32,000 nucleotides of DNA from an uncultured archaeon. GTDB lineage: Archaea; Iainarchaeota; Iainarchaeia; Iainarchaeales; DATDZZ01. Location of the stretch: assembly GCA_964373795.1 (NCBI GenBank), contig CAYJVY010000005.1, forward strand, positions 23,846 through 55,845. The letters are read 5' to 3'. This document shows, piece after piece, positions 1 to 9,100 of this stretch. How positions within the stretch are numbered: position 1 is the first letter of the stretch; the number at the start of each line of letters is the position of its first letter. The notes under the pieces were generated by a model. The model was not told the DNA's origin. It made no database searches and was given only the letters and a program-made list of their open reading frames with translations. The position numbers and the translations under genes are program-made.

Positions 1-14
1 TGCAATTCACTGTA

Positions 15-3000
15 ATGCCTAAAGGATTAATTGAAGGCTTGTCAACTCAAGGACAAAAAGTTTACTTAGAGGCTTTAAAGAAATTAAAAAGAGGCGAGTC
101 AATAGATGCAGTTCTAGCTTACGTTGATTCTCAAGAAATAGATAAAGATCCAGATAAGGATAAAGAACAAAAAGACTTAATTAAGCAAAGATTGAAAGAA
201 CTTGTTTCAAAGATTGCAGAAGCAACATTTTGTTCAGCTGAAAAAGGAGAAGTTCAACCAACATTGTTTGACAAGGTTTACTTTAACTGGGATTATGGCA
301 AAATTTATTCCGAAAAAGAAAAAAATTGTTCTTCAGGAGAAATTTACTGCGACGGAGTTCAATTCTCAATTGAATTAACTAAAAGACAAAAACTAGTAAA
401 AGACGTAATGGAGACAACTGGTAAAAATTATTTAAGCAGTGCAGGAAATCTAGATGTAAACAAAGTAGCAGAAAGATGCCTTGTACACGACATTGGAAAA
501 ACAGGAAATGCAATAGATGATTTAAGTAAAAGCGATTGCACTCCTTACTTGAAATCCAACGAGTTTTGGAGATTTGGAAAACTAAGTTATAGTCCTTTCA
601 AAGGAAAAGCTTACTTCTTAAAAGATGATTTAAGATTACTTGAATGGAGTAAAAAAGAAGACTTAGACAGAGTTAAGAAAAGATTAAGTGAAGCAATTAC
701 TTTAATTAAAAGCGCTCCAGATTTAAATGCTTCAACAGACAAAGATCAACTTCTAAACATTCAATCAAGGTTTAATAAATTAAAAGAATCATTACTTGGA
801 GGAGGAACAAGTGGAGAAAAAGATCCTTTAAGTGAAAATGTTTTCATTGAATTCGATCAAGCACCAAACAGTCCTCAAGGATACAATATTGGAGACGACA
901 AAGTATTAGATAGTTTAAATATTCTTTCAGCAGATAAAAGTGGTTTAACTGCTCCATACAAGCAAAACCTTAGATTAATGAAACTAGATTTATTTATGCA
1001 GTTCTTAGAAGACATTTTAGAAAACTGTTTAGTTAATGTAAGCCAATGTAAAACTCCTTCATACAAGTTTTCAAGAACAAATCAGGCATACACTAAAACA
1101 ACTGGACAAAAAGCAATTCTAACAGGATCTGGAAGAGCAGTAGATGTAAATACTGATTTATTAAACCAAGTTTTAAGTGACTTGGAAGTAAAAATCGGAA
1201 TTCCAATTAATGTTCAAGACAAAGAAGTTCAAGACTTTGTATTAGGAAATGCAATGGATGCAATTAAATTACAAGACTCTCAAAGCAATTCATTCACTTA
1301 CAGGCAATTAAGAGATTTAAGTCAATTTAATTCATACTTAATAGCTGATAACTTAAATGAAGATCTAAGAGCAGACTTTAAAGCAAAGTATGGATTAGAT
1401 TCAAGCAATGATTTCGAAAACTGGAATATTTCAGGAGACACTAATACTCCAGGAAAATATGAAAGCGAAATAAATTATAGATTAACACTAAAAGAACCTT
1501 TTAGTGATAATAATGGTGAAATAAAATATTTTAGGATTTTAAAATCCAATAGCTTTGAAGAATTAAGAAAAGCTATTGTTTCATCCCAAGAAATAGAGTA
1601 TAATTCAATCACATTCAAACCAAAACCAAAACTTAAAGCAATAAATCCAACCACATTCCAAGATATTACATTCAACGAGTCAAATTTTAGTGCTTTTAAA
1701 ACATCTTTTAACAGTCAATTGAATGAAGAATTTAAGGAAGACAAAAACAACTTAACTGTTAAAGTAAGCTATAAGTTTTCGCCAACAATTAATTCAATTG
1801 AATACCTTGATGTTAATCGTAAACAGTATTTTTACAGAGTTGCACAACCAGATGCAAATATATTAAATATGGGAATAAACTCAGATCCATATTCCGGTAA
1901 AATTAAATTTAGAACAGATACAGTCTATTTTTCAGGGAATTTAGACAATAGTATGTTTGATCAAATAATTTTGCGTATGAAGGATGAGACTAATTCCTTT
2001 TTTGATAAAAAGGTGGATGACGATTTTAAACCATTCATTGGAGGAAATGCAGTAGATGTAAATGAAATTGGTAAAATAAAACGAAAAATTAAATCACAAG
2101 TTAATGACTTTAATGGAGCATTCATAATTACAGTTGAAGCAGACTTTAATGGACATGTAAGTGGAACTAAAAAGATTGTATGGACTAAAGAAGTTGCAAC
2201 TTATAATAATTTTATATCCTTATTAGACGGTCTCGACTATGAATCAGCTCAGTTAAGCTTTAGATCAAGAATACTTCCAACTGCTTCAAAGACTTCAGTG
2301 AATTTAACTCGCTTGGAAACAGATACTGCTTCAAGTGAAGTGCAAGACAAGTTATTATATTACTTGCCTTTAGATGGAAGTCTTGGAATTGAAAACGAGA
2401 AAAGCAAAAGAAATGGATATGGAGTTACATTTAGTTCTATAGAAGGATTTACTAAAATTCCAATTCAAAAAGAATTACAAGCAGTAACTGGAACTGCTAC
2501 AGTGAAAAAGGATTACTTAGTTTCAAAAGACGGAAATGCAGGGTTTACTGACTTTTTCATGAATTTTGAAACAAAAATTAATCAAACAACTGATGGACAA
2601 TTGTTAAGATTTGTTGGAGGAATAGGAACTGGAACTCCTACTACAGCAATTTATAGTCCTTCATTCCCAGTGCCTTTAACAATGAGAGTAAATGCTCCTA
2701 CTAGTGGAAGCCTTGCAAGCGTGTTTTATAATTTAAGCAAAGCAGCAAATGAAGTTGATTCAAGCGCAAATCCAAGTCCAGCTGCATTAGTTTCTTGGAA
2801 GGTTCATGAAAGAAGCCAAGTTGCTAGAACTCAACAAGAATTAGGAGTAACTGCAATGAGTTTTACTGGAGAAGACAAAGAAGTTAATCCAGATAAATTT
2901 TATTCAAGAGCAAGAAAAGAAGAAGGAGTTTTCAGTAAAACAGTGACTGAAGGATTTGAAGCACTTGGATTGCAATGGCAAGGAACTCTTCGCCCTGGAT

Positions 3001-3407
3001 TTATTGTATTCAATGGAATTGCATTTGTTCCTCAAGGAAAAGGAGAGCTTCAATTAATTCCAAATAAAAACTCTGTAAGTGATGCAAGCATTGAAACAGT
3101 TGCATTAGGAAGCAAGCCAGCTACTGTTAAAGCATCTCAAGGAGGAAAAGTTGAAGGAGTTGTTTCATTAGATCCAACTATTGTAAGCGGAGGATTTAGT
3201 AGAGATGCAGAACCATTAAAAGAAATAGCTGCAAAAATAAAGAACGGAGAAAACATTTCCTTAGAAGAAATAATCGGATTAAATAAAGCTGGGTTTTTGT
3301 GTGCAAAAGTTGCAAGAAATGAATTAACCTTAACATGGAATGAAAACAAAGTAATAGAAACAAGTGGATTAAAACAAAAAGCAGATGCATTACTTGCAAA
3401 AAGATAA
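15..3407 (+). CDS. Giant-protein family paralog 1: only the C-terminal-type module is visible and it may be 5'-truncated by the window edge
   Basis: Uninterrupted 1130-codon ORF with no in-frame stop between nt 3 and the ATG at 15, so the true N-terminus may lie upstream. It shares ordered motifs with the three downstream giants: FC..KG...NWDYGKI, YCDGVQFSI (nt 345-371), FNSYLIADNLNEDLRADF, PGKYESEI, LLYYLPLDGSLG...GYGVTF (from nt ~2352), SPSFPVPLTMRV. A T5 tract follows the stop. Confidence 0.85.
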   Translation: MPKGLIEGLSTQGQKVYLEALKKLKRGESIDAVLAYVDSQEIDKDPDKDKEQKDLIKQRLKELVSKIAEATFCSAEKGEVQPTLFDKVYFNWDYGKIYSEKEKNCSSGEIYCDGVQFSIELTKRQKLVKDVMETTGKNYLSSAGNLDVNKVAERCLVHDIGKTGNAIDDLSKSDCTPYLKSNEFWRFGKLSYSPFKGKAYFLKDDLRLLEWSKKEDLDRVKKRLSEAITLIKSAPDLNASTDKDQLLNIQSRFNKLKESLLGGGTSGEKDPLSENVFIEFDQAPNSPQGYNIGDDKVLDSLNILSADKSGLTAPYKQNLRLMKLDLFMQFLEDILENCLVNVSQCKTPSYKFSRTNQAYTKTTGQKAILTGSGRAVDVNTDLLNQVLSDLEVKIGIPINVQDKEVQDFVLGNAMDAIKLQDSQSNSFTYRQLRDLSQFNSYLIADNLNEDLRADFKAKYGLDSSNDFENWNISGDTNTPGKYESEINYRLTLKEPFSDNNGEIKYFRILKSNSFEELRKAIVSSQEIEYNSITFKPKPKLKAINPTTFQDITFNESNFSAFKTSFNSQLNEEFKEDKNNLTVKVSYKFSPTINSIEYLDVNRKQYFYRVAQPDANILNMGINSDPYSGKIKFRTDTVYFSGNLDNSMFDQIILRMKDETNSFFDKKVDDDFKPFIGGNAVDVNEIGKIKRKIKSQVNDFNGAFIITVEADFNGHVSGTKKIVWTKEVATYNNFISLLDGLDYESAQLSFRSRILPTASKTSVNLTRLETDTASSEVQDKLLYYLPLDGSLGIENEKSKRNGYGVTFSSIEGFTKIPIQKELQAVTGTATVKKDYLVSKDGNAGFTDFFMNFETKINQTTDGQLLRFVGGIGTGTPTTAIYSPSFPVPLTMRVNAPTSGSLASVFYNLSKAANEVDSSANPSPAALVSWKVHERSQVARTQQELGVTAMSFTGEDKEVNPDKFYSRARKEEGVFSKTVTEGFEALGLQWQGTLRPGFIVFNGIAFVPQGKGELQLIPNKNSVSDASIETVALGSKPATVKASQGGKVEGVVSLDPTIVSGGFSRDAEPLKEIAAKIKNGENISLEEIIGLNKAGFLCAKVARNELTLTWNENKVIETSGLKQKADALLAKR

Positions 3408-3658
3408 ATTTTTCCACCTCACTAAAAGCTATAGACAAAACTATTACATGACCTTGCTTTTTCACTCTTTCAAAAATCTGCTTTAATCTAAATAAATTCT
3501 TTTCATTTAAAAAATTCTATAAAGTACGTTAATTTAATTCTTCACAAGAATTCGACAAATGCTACAAGAAAAACAAATTCAAGAAAGCATTATTTTAGAT
3601 AAGACAACAAATACAATTAATAAAAACAATTAAATTCTATTCTAAATACTATAGTTAC

Positions 3659-4057
3659 ATGCATTCAGAAAAAGAAATTAATGAAGCAGTTAAAAAATTA
3701 AAAAAAAATGATTTTATTCATTCAATCATTTTATTTGGTTCAAAGATTTCGGGAAAACCAATCAGAAGAGATGACATAGATTTATGCATAATTTTTGACT
3801 CTCAGAAAATGCCTTCAAACAAAGAGTTAGTAAAAATTTTGGGCTTGCTTGGAGAAAAATTTGATTTAAGTTTTTTCCATTTGCTTCCAATAAATGTTAG
3901 AAAAAAAGTTTTAGAAGAAGGAAAAATTCTTTTCACTAGAAACAAGCTTTATGTATTTGAATTAATTAAAGAAACTGATTTTGAATACCCCAAATATAAA
4001 AATTTTTTAGAGGAATTTAATAAGATTAGATTAAATAAAGTTATTTTAAAATCTTAA
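3659..4057 (+). CDS. mntA: Minimal nucleotidyltransferase (MNT/Pol-beta superfamily), antitoxin of a HEPN-MNT module
   Basis: ILFGSKISGKPIRRDDIDLCIIF matches the G-S-x(9-13)-D-x-D nucleotidyltransferase signature. The protein is 132 aa and its gene lies 11 nt upstream of a HEPN/DUF86 gene in the canonical MNT-then-HEPN order. Confidence 0.85.
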   Translation: MHSEKEINEAVKKLKKNDFIHSIILFGSKISGKPIRRDDIDLCIIFDSQKMPSNKELVKILGLLGEKFDLSFFHLLPINVRKKVLEEGKILFTRNKLYVFELIKETDFEYPKYKNFLEEFNKIRLNKVILKS

Positions 4058-4068
4058 AAGGCAAAAAA

Positions 4069-4485
4069 ATGGATAACAGAATAGAAGAAAAATTAACTAA
4101 AATCCAAGGCTATGTTGAACAACTAGAATTGATTTTACCTGAAACATTTGAAGAATATGAAAAAGATGAAAAAACAAAGTTTGCAAGCGAAAGGCTATTT
4201 GAACTATCTTGTGAAAATTTACTTGATGTTTGTTTTATGATTGTCTCAGAAAAGGGGAAAGAAAAACCTTTAGATAACAAAGATGCAATTCAAAAAATTG
4301 TTGGCCTAAAAGTTATTAGCAAAGAATTAGGAGAAAAATTAAAATCACTAATTGGCTTAAGAAACTTGCTTGTACACCAGTATGGAAAAATAGATGAAGA
4401 AATTGTTTTTGAACATTTTAAAACAGAATTACCAGACTTAACTGAATTCATTGAATCAGTTTTAAAGTACTTAAAAAATAAATAA
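4069..4485 (+). CDS. hepT: HEPN-domain (DUF86-type) toxin of a HEPN-MNT module
   Basis: GLRNLLVHQYGKID contains the R-x4-H (RNxxxHxY) HEPN RNase motif near the C-terminus. The protein is 138 aa and helical, and its gene is adjacent to the MNT gene. Confidence 0.85.
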   Translation: MDNRIEEKLTKIQGYVEQLELILPETFEEYEKDEKTKFASERLFELSCENLLDVCFMIVSEKGKEKPLDNKDAIQKIVGLKVISKELGEKLKSLIGLRNLLVHQYGKIDEEIVFEHFKTELPDLTEFIESVLKYLKNK

Positions 4486-4496
4486 CACTAACTCCC

Positions 4497-4518
4497 TCCA
4501 CGCCATAAAAGGCGTGGA
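4497..4518 (+). terminator. GC-rich hairpin following the hepT stop (terminator-like)
   Basis: TCCACGCC (4497-4504) / loop ATAAAA / GGCGTGGA (4511-4518) forms a perfect 8-bp stem followed by TTT. It sits 12 nt after the TAA at 4483-4485 in otherwise AT-rich DNA. Confidence 0.5.
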
Positions 4519-4594
4519 TTTCTGATTACAACAACTCAAGGTTTACCACGTGCCAACTAAAAAATAAACTAATTATAAAAAATAAGGAAAGCCT

Positions 4595-4602
4595 TTTATA
4601 TA
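4595..4602 (+). promoter_or_regulatory. TATA-like box upstream of the AbrB-PIN operon
   Basis: TTTATATA lies about 36 nt upstream of the ATG at 4635. A second AT-rich box lies at 4611-4627. Confidence 0.3.
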
Positions 4603-4634
4603 ACTTCAAGTATAATTTTATTATAGGAATTGTT

Positions 4635-4832
4635 ATGAAGGCTGTTACAAAAACTAGGGGTGTTGGCGGATCATTAATTGCAACTATTCCAAAAGAAATA
4701 GTTGAAGCAATTGGATTGAAGGAAAATGAAATAGTTGAAATTGATGTTAAAAAAATTAAAAAACACTTTTTTGGAACTTCTAAAGGAATTGGTTCTTTCA
4801 CTAAAAAAGACAGGCTTGAGACAAGATGGTAA
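4635..4832 (+). CDS. vapB: AbrB/SpoVT-fold antitoxin (VapB-type)
   Basis: GGSLIATIPKEIVEAIGLKENEIVEIDV is a typical swapped-hairpin AbrB/MazE/SpoVT motif. The protein is 65 aa. Its stop overlaps the start of the downstream PIN gene (ATGGTAA, 4826-4832). Confidence 0.8.
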   Translation: MKAVTKTRGVGGSLIATIPKEIVEAIGLKENEIVEIDVKKIKKHFFGTSKGIGSFTKKDRLETRW

Positions 4833-5227
4833 AAAGATACTTAATTGATACTTCTGCTTGGATTGATTATTTAAACGGCATTGAAAGAGCTAAACTAATT
4901 GATGAAATAATAGATGACAGGGAAAGTGAAATTTATTGTTCTGTAATTTCAATTGCAGAAATTGCCAGCAAATGCTTAAGACAATTGAAAAGCAAAGAAG
5001 AAGTTCTGCAAAACATTGAAAATATTTCCTCTATTTCAATTGTTCTTTCAATTGATAAAGAAATAAGTTTAATTGCTGGCTTGAAACAAGCTGAAGTTCG
5101 AGCAACTAATAAAGATTTTAGTTTGGCTAATGCGTTTATTTGGATTCAAGCAGAGCAAAAAAAATGCAAACTAATTACATGCGATTCTGATTTCAAAAAG
5201 TTTCCAGAAGTAGTAATATTAAAATAG
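4826..5227 (+). CDS. vapC: PIN-domain toxin (VapC-type)
   Basis: N-terminal YLIDTSAWIDYL (first acidic residue), SIAEIASK, and C-terminal LITCDSDFKKF match the PIN acidic quartet pattern. The protein is 133 aa and the gene is translationally coupled to the upstream antitoxin. Confidence 0.85.
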   Translation: MVKRYLIDTSAWIDYLNGIERAKLIDEIIDDRESEIYCSVISIAEIASKCLRQLKSKEEVLQNIENISSISIVLSIDKEISLIAGLKQAEVRATNKDFSLANAFIWIQAEQKKCKLITCDSDFKKFPEVVILK

Positions 5228-5305
5228 GCTAGTTTTTCCATTTTATAACTTTTCCATTTAAAGAGCGCTTTATTTTGGATAAGAAATAAAAAGTTAAACA
5301 TAGTA

Positions 5306-5325
5306 ATGTTTAAATATTTAAACAT
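5306..5325. promoter_or_regulatory. Perfect 20-bp palindrome, candidate operator/TATA region of the VapB-VapC operon
   Basis: ATGTTTAAATATTTAAACAT equals its own reverse complement. It is flanked by direct repeats AAACATAGTAATG (5296-5308) and AAACATAGTAGTG (5330-5342) and ends 22 nt before the likely vapB start at 5348. Confidence 0.5.
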
Positions 5326-5347
5326 ACACAAACATAGTAGTGATTAT

Positions 5348-5596
5348 ATGGCTACGAAAACTATTACTGTGAAAACAGCTGCTTATGAGGCTTTGAAGGA
5401 TTTGAAAGAAGCCAAGGAAAGCTTTAGCGATGTTATATTAAGGGTAGCCAAAAAAAAGTCATTGGATGAATTTTATGGCGTTCTTAGTAAAGAAAGTAGT
5501 GAAAAACTTGAAAAAACAATTAAGGGACTGAGGAAAAGACAGGATGCAGAAAACAAGAAAAGATTGCAAAAAATAGTCGGGGAGCTGAGTTATTAA
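5348..5596 (+). CDS. vapB: Archaeal VapB-type antitoxin (PF02697/DUF217-like)
   Basis: MATKTITVKTAAYEALKDLKEAKESFSDVILRV resembles the archaeal putative-antitoxin family paired with PIN genes. GTGAT (Shine-Dalgarno-like) lies 3 nt upstream of the ATG at 5348. The ORF-track start at 5306 lies inside the palindrome and adds 14 implausible residues. The stop TAA directly abuts the PIN ATG (5594-5599). Confidence 0.75.
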   Translation: MATKTITVKTAAYEALKDLKEAKESFSDVILRVAKKKSLDEFYGVLSKESSEKLEKTIKGLRKRQDAENKKRLQKIVGELSY

Positions 5597-5989
5597 ATGG
5601 CTTGCCTTGACACTACTTTTTTAATAGATCTATTAAGGGGTAGAAAAGACATCAAAGAACTAAAAGATGAATTGAATAAGCACGAATCTAATTTGTATGT
5701 TGCTGCTCCTTCCGTAATGGAAATTTGGACTGGCGCAAATTTGAATGATTATCCAGAAAAAGAAAAATTTAAGATTAAATATCTTTTAGAGTCTTTCAAG
5801 GTTTTGAATTTTGATGAAAAGAGTGCAAAAGAGGCAGGAGAAATACAAGCAGAACTCATAAAAAAAGGTAAAATAATCCAAGTTCAAGACATAATGATTG
5901 CAGCTATTTCCATAACTAATGGGGAAAAAATTGTTACAAGAGACGAGGATTACATAAGAGTCAATGGATTAAAAGTTTTAAAGTACTAG
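5597..5989 (+). CDS. vapC: PIN-domain toxin (VapC-type)
   Basis: MACLDTTFLIDLL, SVMEIWTG, QDIMIAA and IVTRDEDY give the PIN acidic-residue pattern. The protein is 130 aa and the gene abuts the antitoxin gene. Confidence 0.85.
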   Translation: MACLDTTFLIDLLRGRKDIKELKDELNKHESNLYVAAPSVMEIWTGANLNDYPEKEKFKIKYLLESFKVLNFDEKSAKEAGEIQAELIKKGKIIQVQDIMIAAISITNGEKIVTRDEDYIRVNGLKVLKY

Positions 5990-6009
5990 GCATCAAATAG
6001 CATCAAATA
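5990..6009 (+). repeat. Perfect tandem 10-mer (GCATCAAATA x2) immediately after the vapC stop
   Basis: GCATCAAATA at 5990-5999 and again at 6000-6009. Confidence 0.9.
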
Positions 6010-6020
6010 ATTTCTTTTTA

Positions 6021-6047
6021 TAAGATTAAAAAATATATATAATCTTA
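6021..6047. repeat. 8-bp inverted repeat around a TATA-rich loop (terminator or operator candidate)
   Basis: TAAGATTA (6021-6028) / loop AAAAATATATA / TAATCTTA (6040-6047). It is preceded by a T-rich tract (6011-6019). Confidence 0.4.
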
Positions 6048-6175
6048 AATCTGTTTTAATAAAAAAGCTTTTAAAGAATGAAACACTTAGTTTTAGCAAT
6101 CAAAACAATTATATAATTAATACTAAATTAAATAATATATAATGCATTAAATAAGGAAAGCGTGCAAGTGAAAAA

Positions 6176-6179
6176 GGTG
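6176..6179 (+). promoter_or_regulatory. Shine-Dalgarno-like GGTG for giant gene 2
   Basis: GGTG lies 6 nt upstream of the GTG start at 6186. An in-frame TAA at 6180-6182 excludes a longer N-terminus. Confidence 0.55.
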
Positions 6180-6185
6180 TAAAAA

Positions 6186-9100
6186 GTGGGAATAGCTGAA
6201 GGAATTTCAAAGTTTTATTATTCTCTTGAAGCAAAATACTACGGAGTATTGGATAAAATTAATGAAAAAATTCCAATCTATGCATTAATTGATCCAATTG
6301 ATAGATTTGCTCCAAGTTTTGCATTACTAATACTAATTTTATTGGCCTTGCTTTTGTTTGCAGGAGTAACTTTATTGAATACTATCCCAATTCAAGTAAC
6401 TGAAAATGATTTAACTGTAATTGTTTTAGATGAAAAAGGAAGTGTATTAGAAGAAGCAGATGTAAAAGTAGTGTTTCAATCAAAGGATTTCCCTAAAAAA
6501 ACAAATAAAAAAGGAGAAGCAATTTTCAGTGTTCCAAGCAATGCACAATTAAGTATTGAAATATCTAAAGATAAATTTGAAGCAATTAAAAAAGAAATTA
6601 AATTTCAAGGAAAAAATCAAATCGAGCAAGTAAACTTAATTGCAGTAAAAGAAGAAGAACAACAAAAAATTTTCTTTGTAAAAGATGAAAGAGGAAAAGC
6701 ATTAAAGGATGCAAGAGTAACTTTTACTTGCAGTGATAAAAGTGCTAGGCAACCAGATGCTCAAACAACTGATTTTAGTGGAAAATTAAAAATAGCAGTT
6801 CCAAGTAATTGCGGAGAACTAACTTTTTCAGCTAGATTGGAAAAATTCAAAAACTTGGATGGAGTAAAGGCAGATAAAACAACAATTGTTTTACAGCCAG
6901 ATGAAGCAAGGGTTGGAAAAATAACTGTTGGAATAACTTCTAATGGAAAAAATTTGGATGGAGTAGAAGTTCATGTTTACAGATTTAATGAAGAAGAATT
7001 AGGCCCGGAAAAAACTGTTCACTCAGCAAATGGATTAGCAGTATTTGATAACTTGTTTGCAGGAGAATATATTGTAAGAGTTAATGCTGAGTCAGGGTTT
7101 GGTCCATTCAAGTCGGAAAAAATTTCTTTAACTTCAGGGCAAGAAAAAAATACTCAAGTAAAACTGGATAAAAAACCTATTGGAAAAATATTAGTGAAAG
7201 TTCTTCAAGAAAAAAATAAATTGCCTTTAGAAAAAGCTAAAGTGAAATTAAGGAAAGGAAGTGAAGAACTTGGGGCAACTGATTCAAATTCAGATGGGAT
7301 TGCAGTTTTTGATATAACTGAGGATTCGGAATACGAAGTAGTAGTTGATCATTCAGATTATTTAGTGAGAGCTGTTTCAGGAGTAAAAAAAGATTTGCTT
7401 AGAGAAATTTCTTTAGAGAAATTCACTGGAGAAAACGGTGGAACATTAAAAGTTAAAGTAGTGGATTCAAAAGGAAATTCAGTGCATGGAGCAATAGTTG
7501 CATTATATGACATGGACGCAAAACAAGTAAGCATTTACGAAGAACAATCAACTGATTTAAACGGAGTGGCAAGTTTTACTAGAGTGCAAAGCGGAAACTA
7601 TAAAGCTTTGGCTTTTAAGGAAAGCGCTAAAGGCTCTAGTGATGCCCAACGCTTTGATAGAAGGTTGTCTGCTCAAATTACTTTAAGAGCAACTTTGATA
7701 ATTGAAGACAGTCAAGTAGAAGTAATAGTTAAAGATGAAGAAGGAGTAGCTGTTTCTCAGGCAAGAGTTACATTGTTTGATGAATTTAATGACAAAGTAG
7801 TGGGATCGGATTTCACTAGTGCTGAAGGAAAAATTGTGTTTGAAAATATTCCTGCAGATAAAGCTGTTTACGTTAAAGTAACAAAAGAGAAAACTTCTTT
7901 TTATTCTGCTTCAAAAAAAGTTTTACCAAAAGAAACTGTTTCATTTAATGCATTCATTGAAAAAAGGCCTCCACTAGGAGAAGTGAAAGTAAAATTTTTA
8001 GGATTATATAAAGCAGGAGAAAAAGTTGAATCATTAAAAGAAGGAGTTGTAACAAATGTTGCAACAGGAGAAAGATATGCAGCTAGGTTTAGAGTAATTA
8101 TTCCTGAAGAAAATGATTACAGTGAAGTAGGCTTGCATGTTAGAACTGGAACAAAGGAAATTCTGGAAAAAGATTCTTTATTCATTAAAGCAATTAATGG
8201 GCCTTTAGCTGAAGTAAAAAAAGGATTATCTTTTAACCCTAGTTCAGGTTATCAAGAGGATTCAAAAAATGTTGCATTCAATGATGCGAAATGGGTTGAA
8301 TTTGTTTGGAACAAGCCAACTCCAGGAATATATGAATTTGAAACATTAATTGAAGTAAAACAAAACGCTAAACTAGATGAAAAGCTAAGCATTTTTTACA
8401 GAACATGGGCAATTGAAAAAGGAGATAGAAAAAGAGATCCTGAAATGCCTCCATCAAAAAATCATCCTTTTTACGATGACACTGAAGAAGTATTATATCA
8501 AGTAGGAATTACAACTTTATGTGATGACGCGTTTTGCTTTGATGCACAAATTCTAAATGTAGGAGAAAAAATAGTGAAATCCTTAGCAGAAGAATTAACT
8601 TACTCTGCAGATGTTTTTTCAAACTATAACTTGAAATTCAATTTATTGAATAACACGGAGTTTGGTGAAAACCCTCACACTAATGCGTTTTTGAGAATTA
8701 GAAACCCTGAAGAAAACCTTGTGTTTGAAAGATTTGAATTAAATTTAGGAGACAAGGGAAAGAAAAGCGGTACACTAAATGCTTCTGCTTTTGAAGATCA
8801 ACAAGTAGAAGTATTTGAAGCAAAAGAAAGATTGATTGCAGACATTGATTTTAAAACTCAAAAATCTGGAAACGGAGCAATAGTAATTGAATTAGTTTCC
8901 GATAACCAAGTAGTATTCAGTAAACAAATAATTGTAAACGTTTCTTCAACTAAAGACTTGGATGTAAAATTCGATCCAAGAGAACTTGCATCTGGAGTGC
9001 AAAACAAGTTAAGCATTGAAGTAAGAGACAAATTAACTGGAGTTGAAGTAGAGAAAGCATTAGTAAGCGTTTTAGACAGACATAAAATAGAGTTAACTAA

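Noticed and set aside
3536-3552. Inverted repeat AATTCTT-CAC-AAGAATT upstream of the MNT gene as a regulatory site
   Set aside because: It is a 7-bp AT-only stem with a 3-nt loop in AT-rich intergenic DNA, about 107 nt from the start codon. It is easily explained by chance and has no supporting repeat or TATA context.
3196-4801. Minus-strand ORFs 3137-3349, 3196-3465 and 4526-4801
   Set aside because: They overlap the 3' end of giant 1 or the AbrB antitoxin gene on the opposite strand. Their composition is hydrophobic and low-complexity, they have no partner genes or signals, and they are explained as antisense artefacts.
5306-5347. N-terminal extension of vapB from the ATG at 5306 (MFKYLNIHKHSSDY...)
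   Set aside because: This ATG is the first three bases of a perfect 20-bp palindrome and TATA-like region. The ATG at 5348 has a GTGAT Shine-Dalgarno-like motif and gives the canonical MATKTITV... antitoxin N-terminus.
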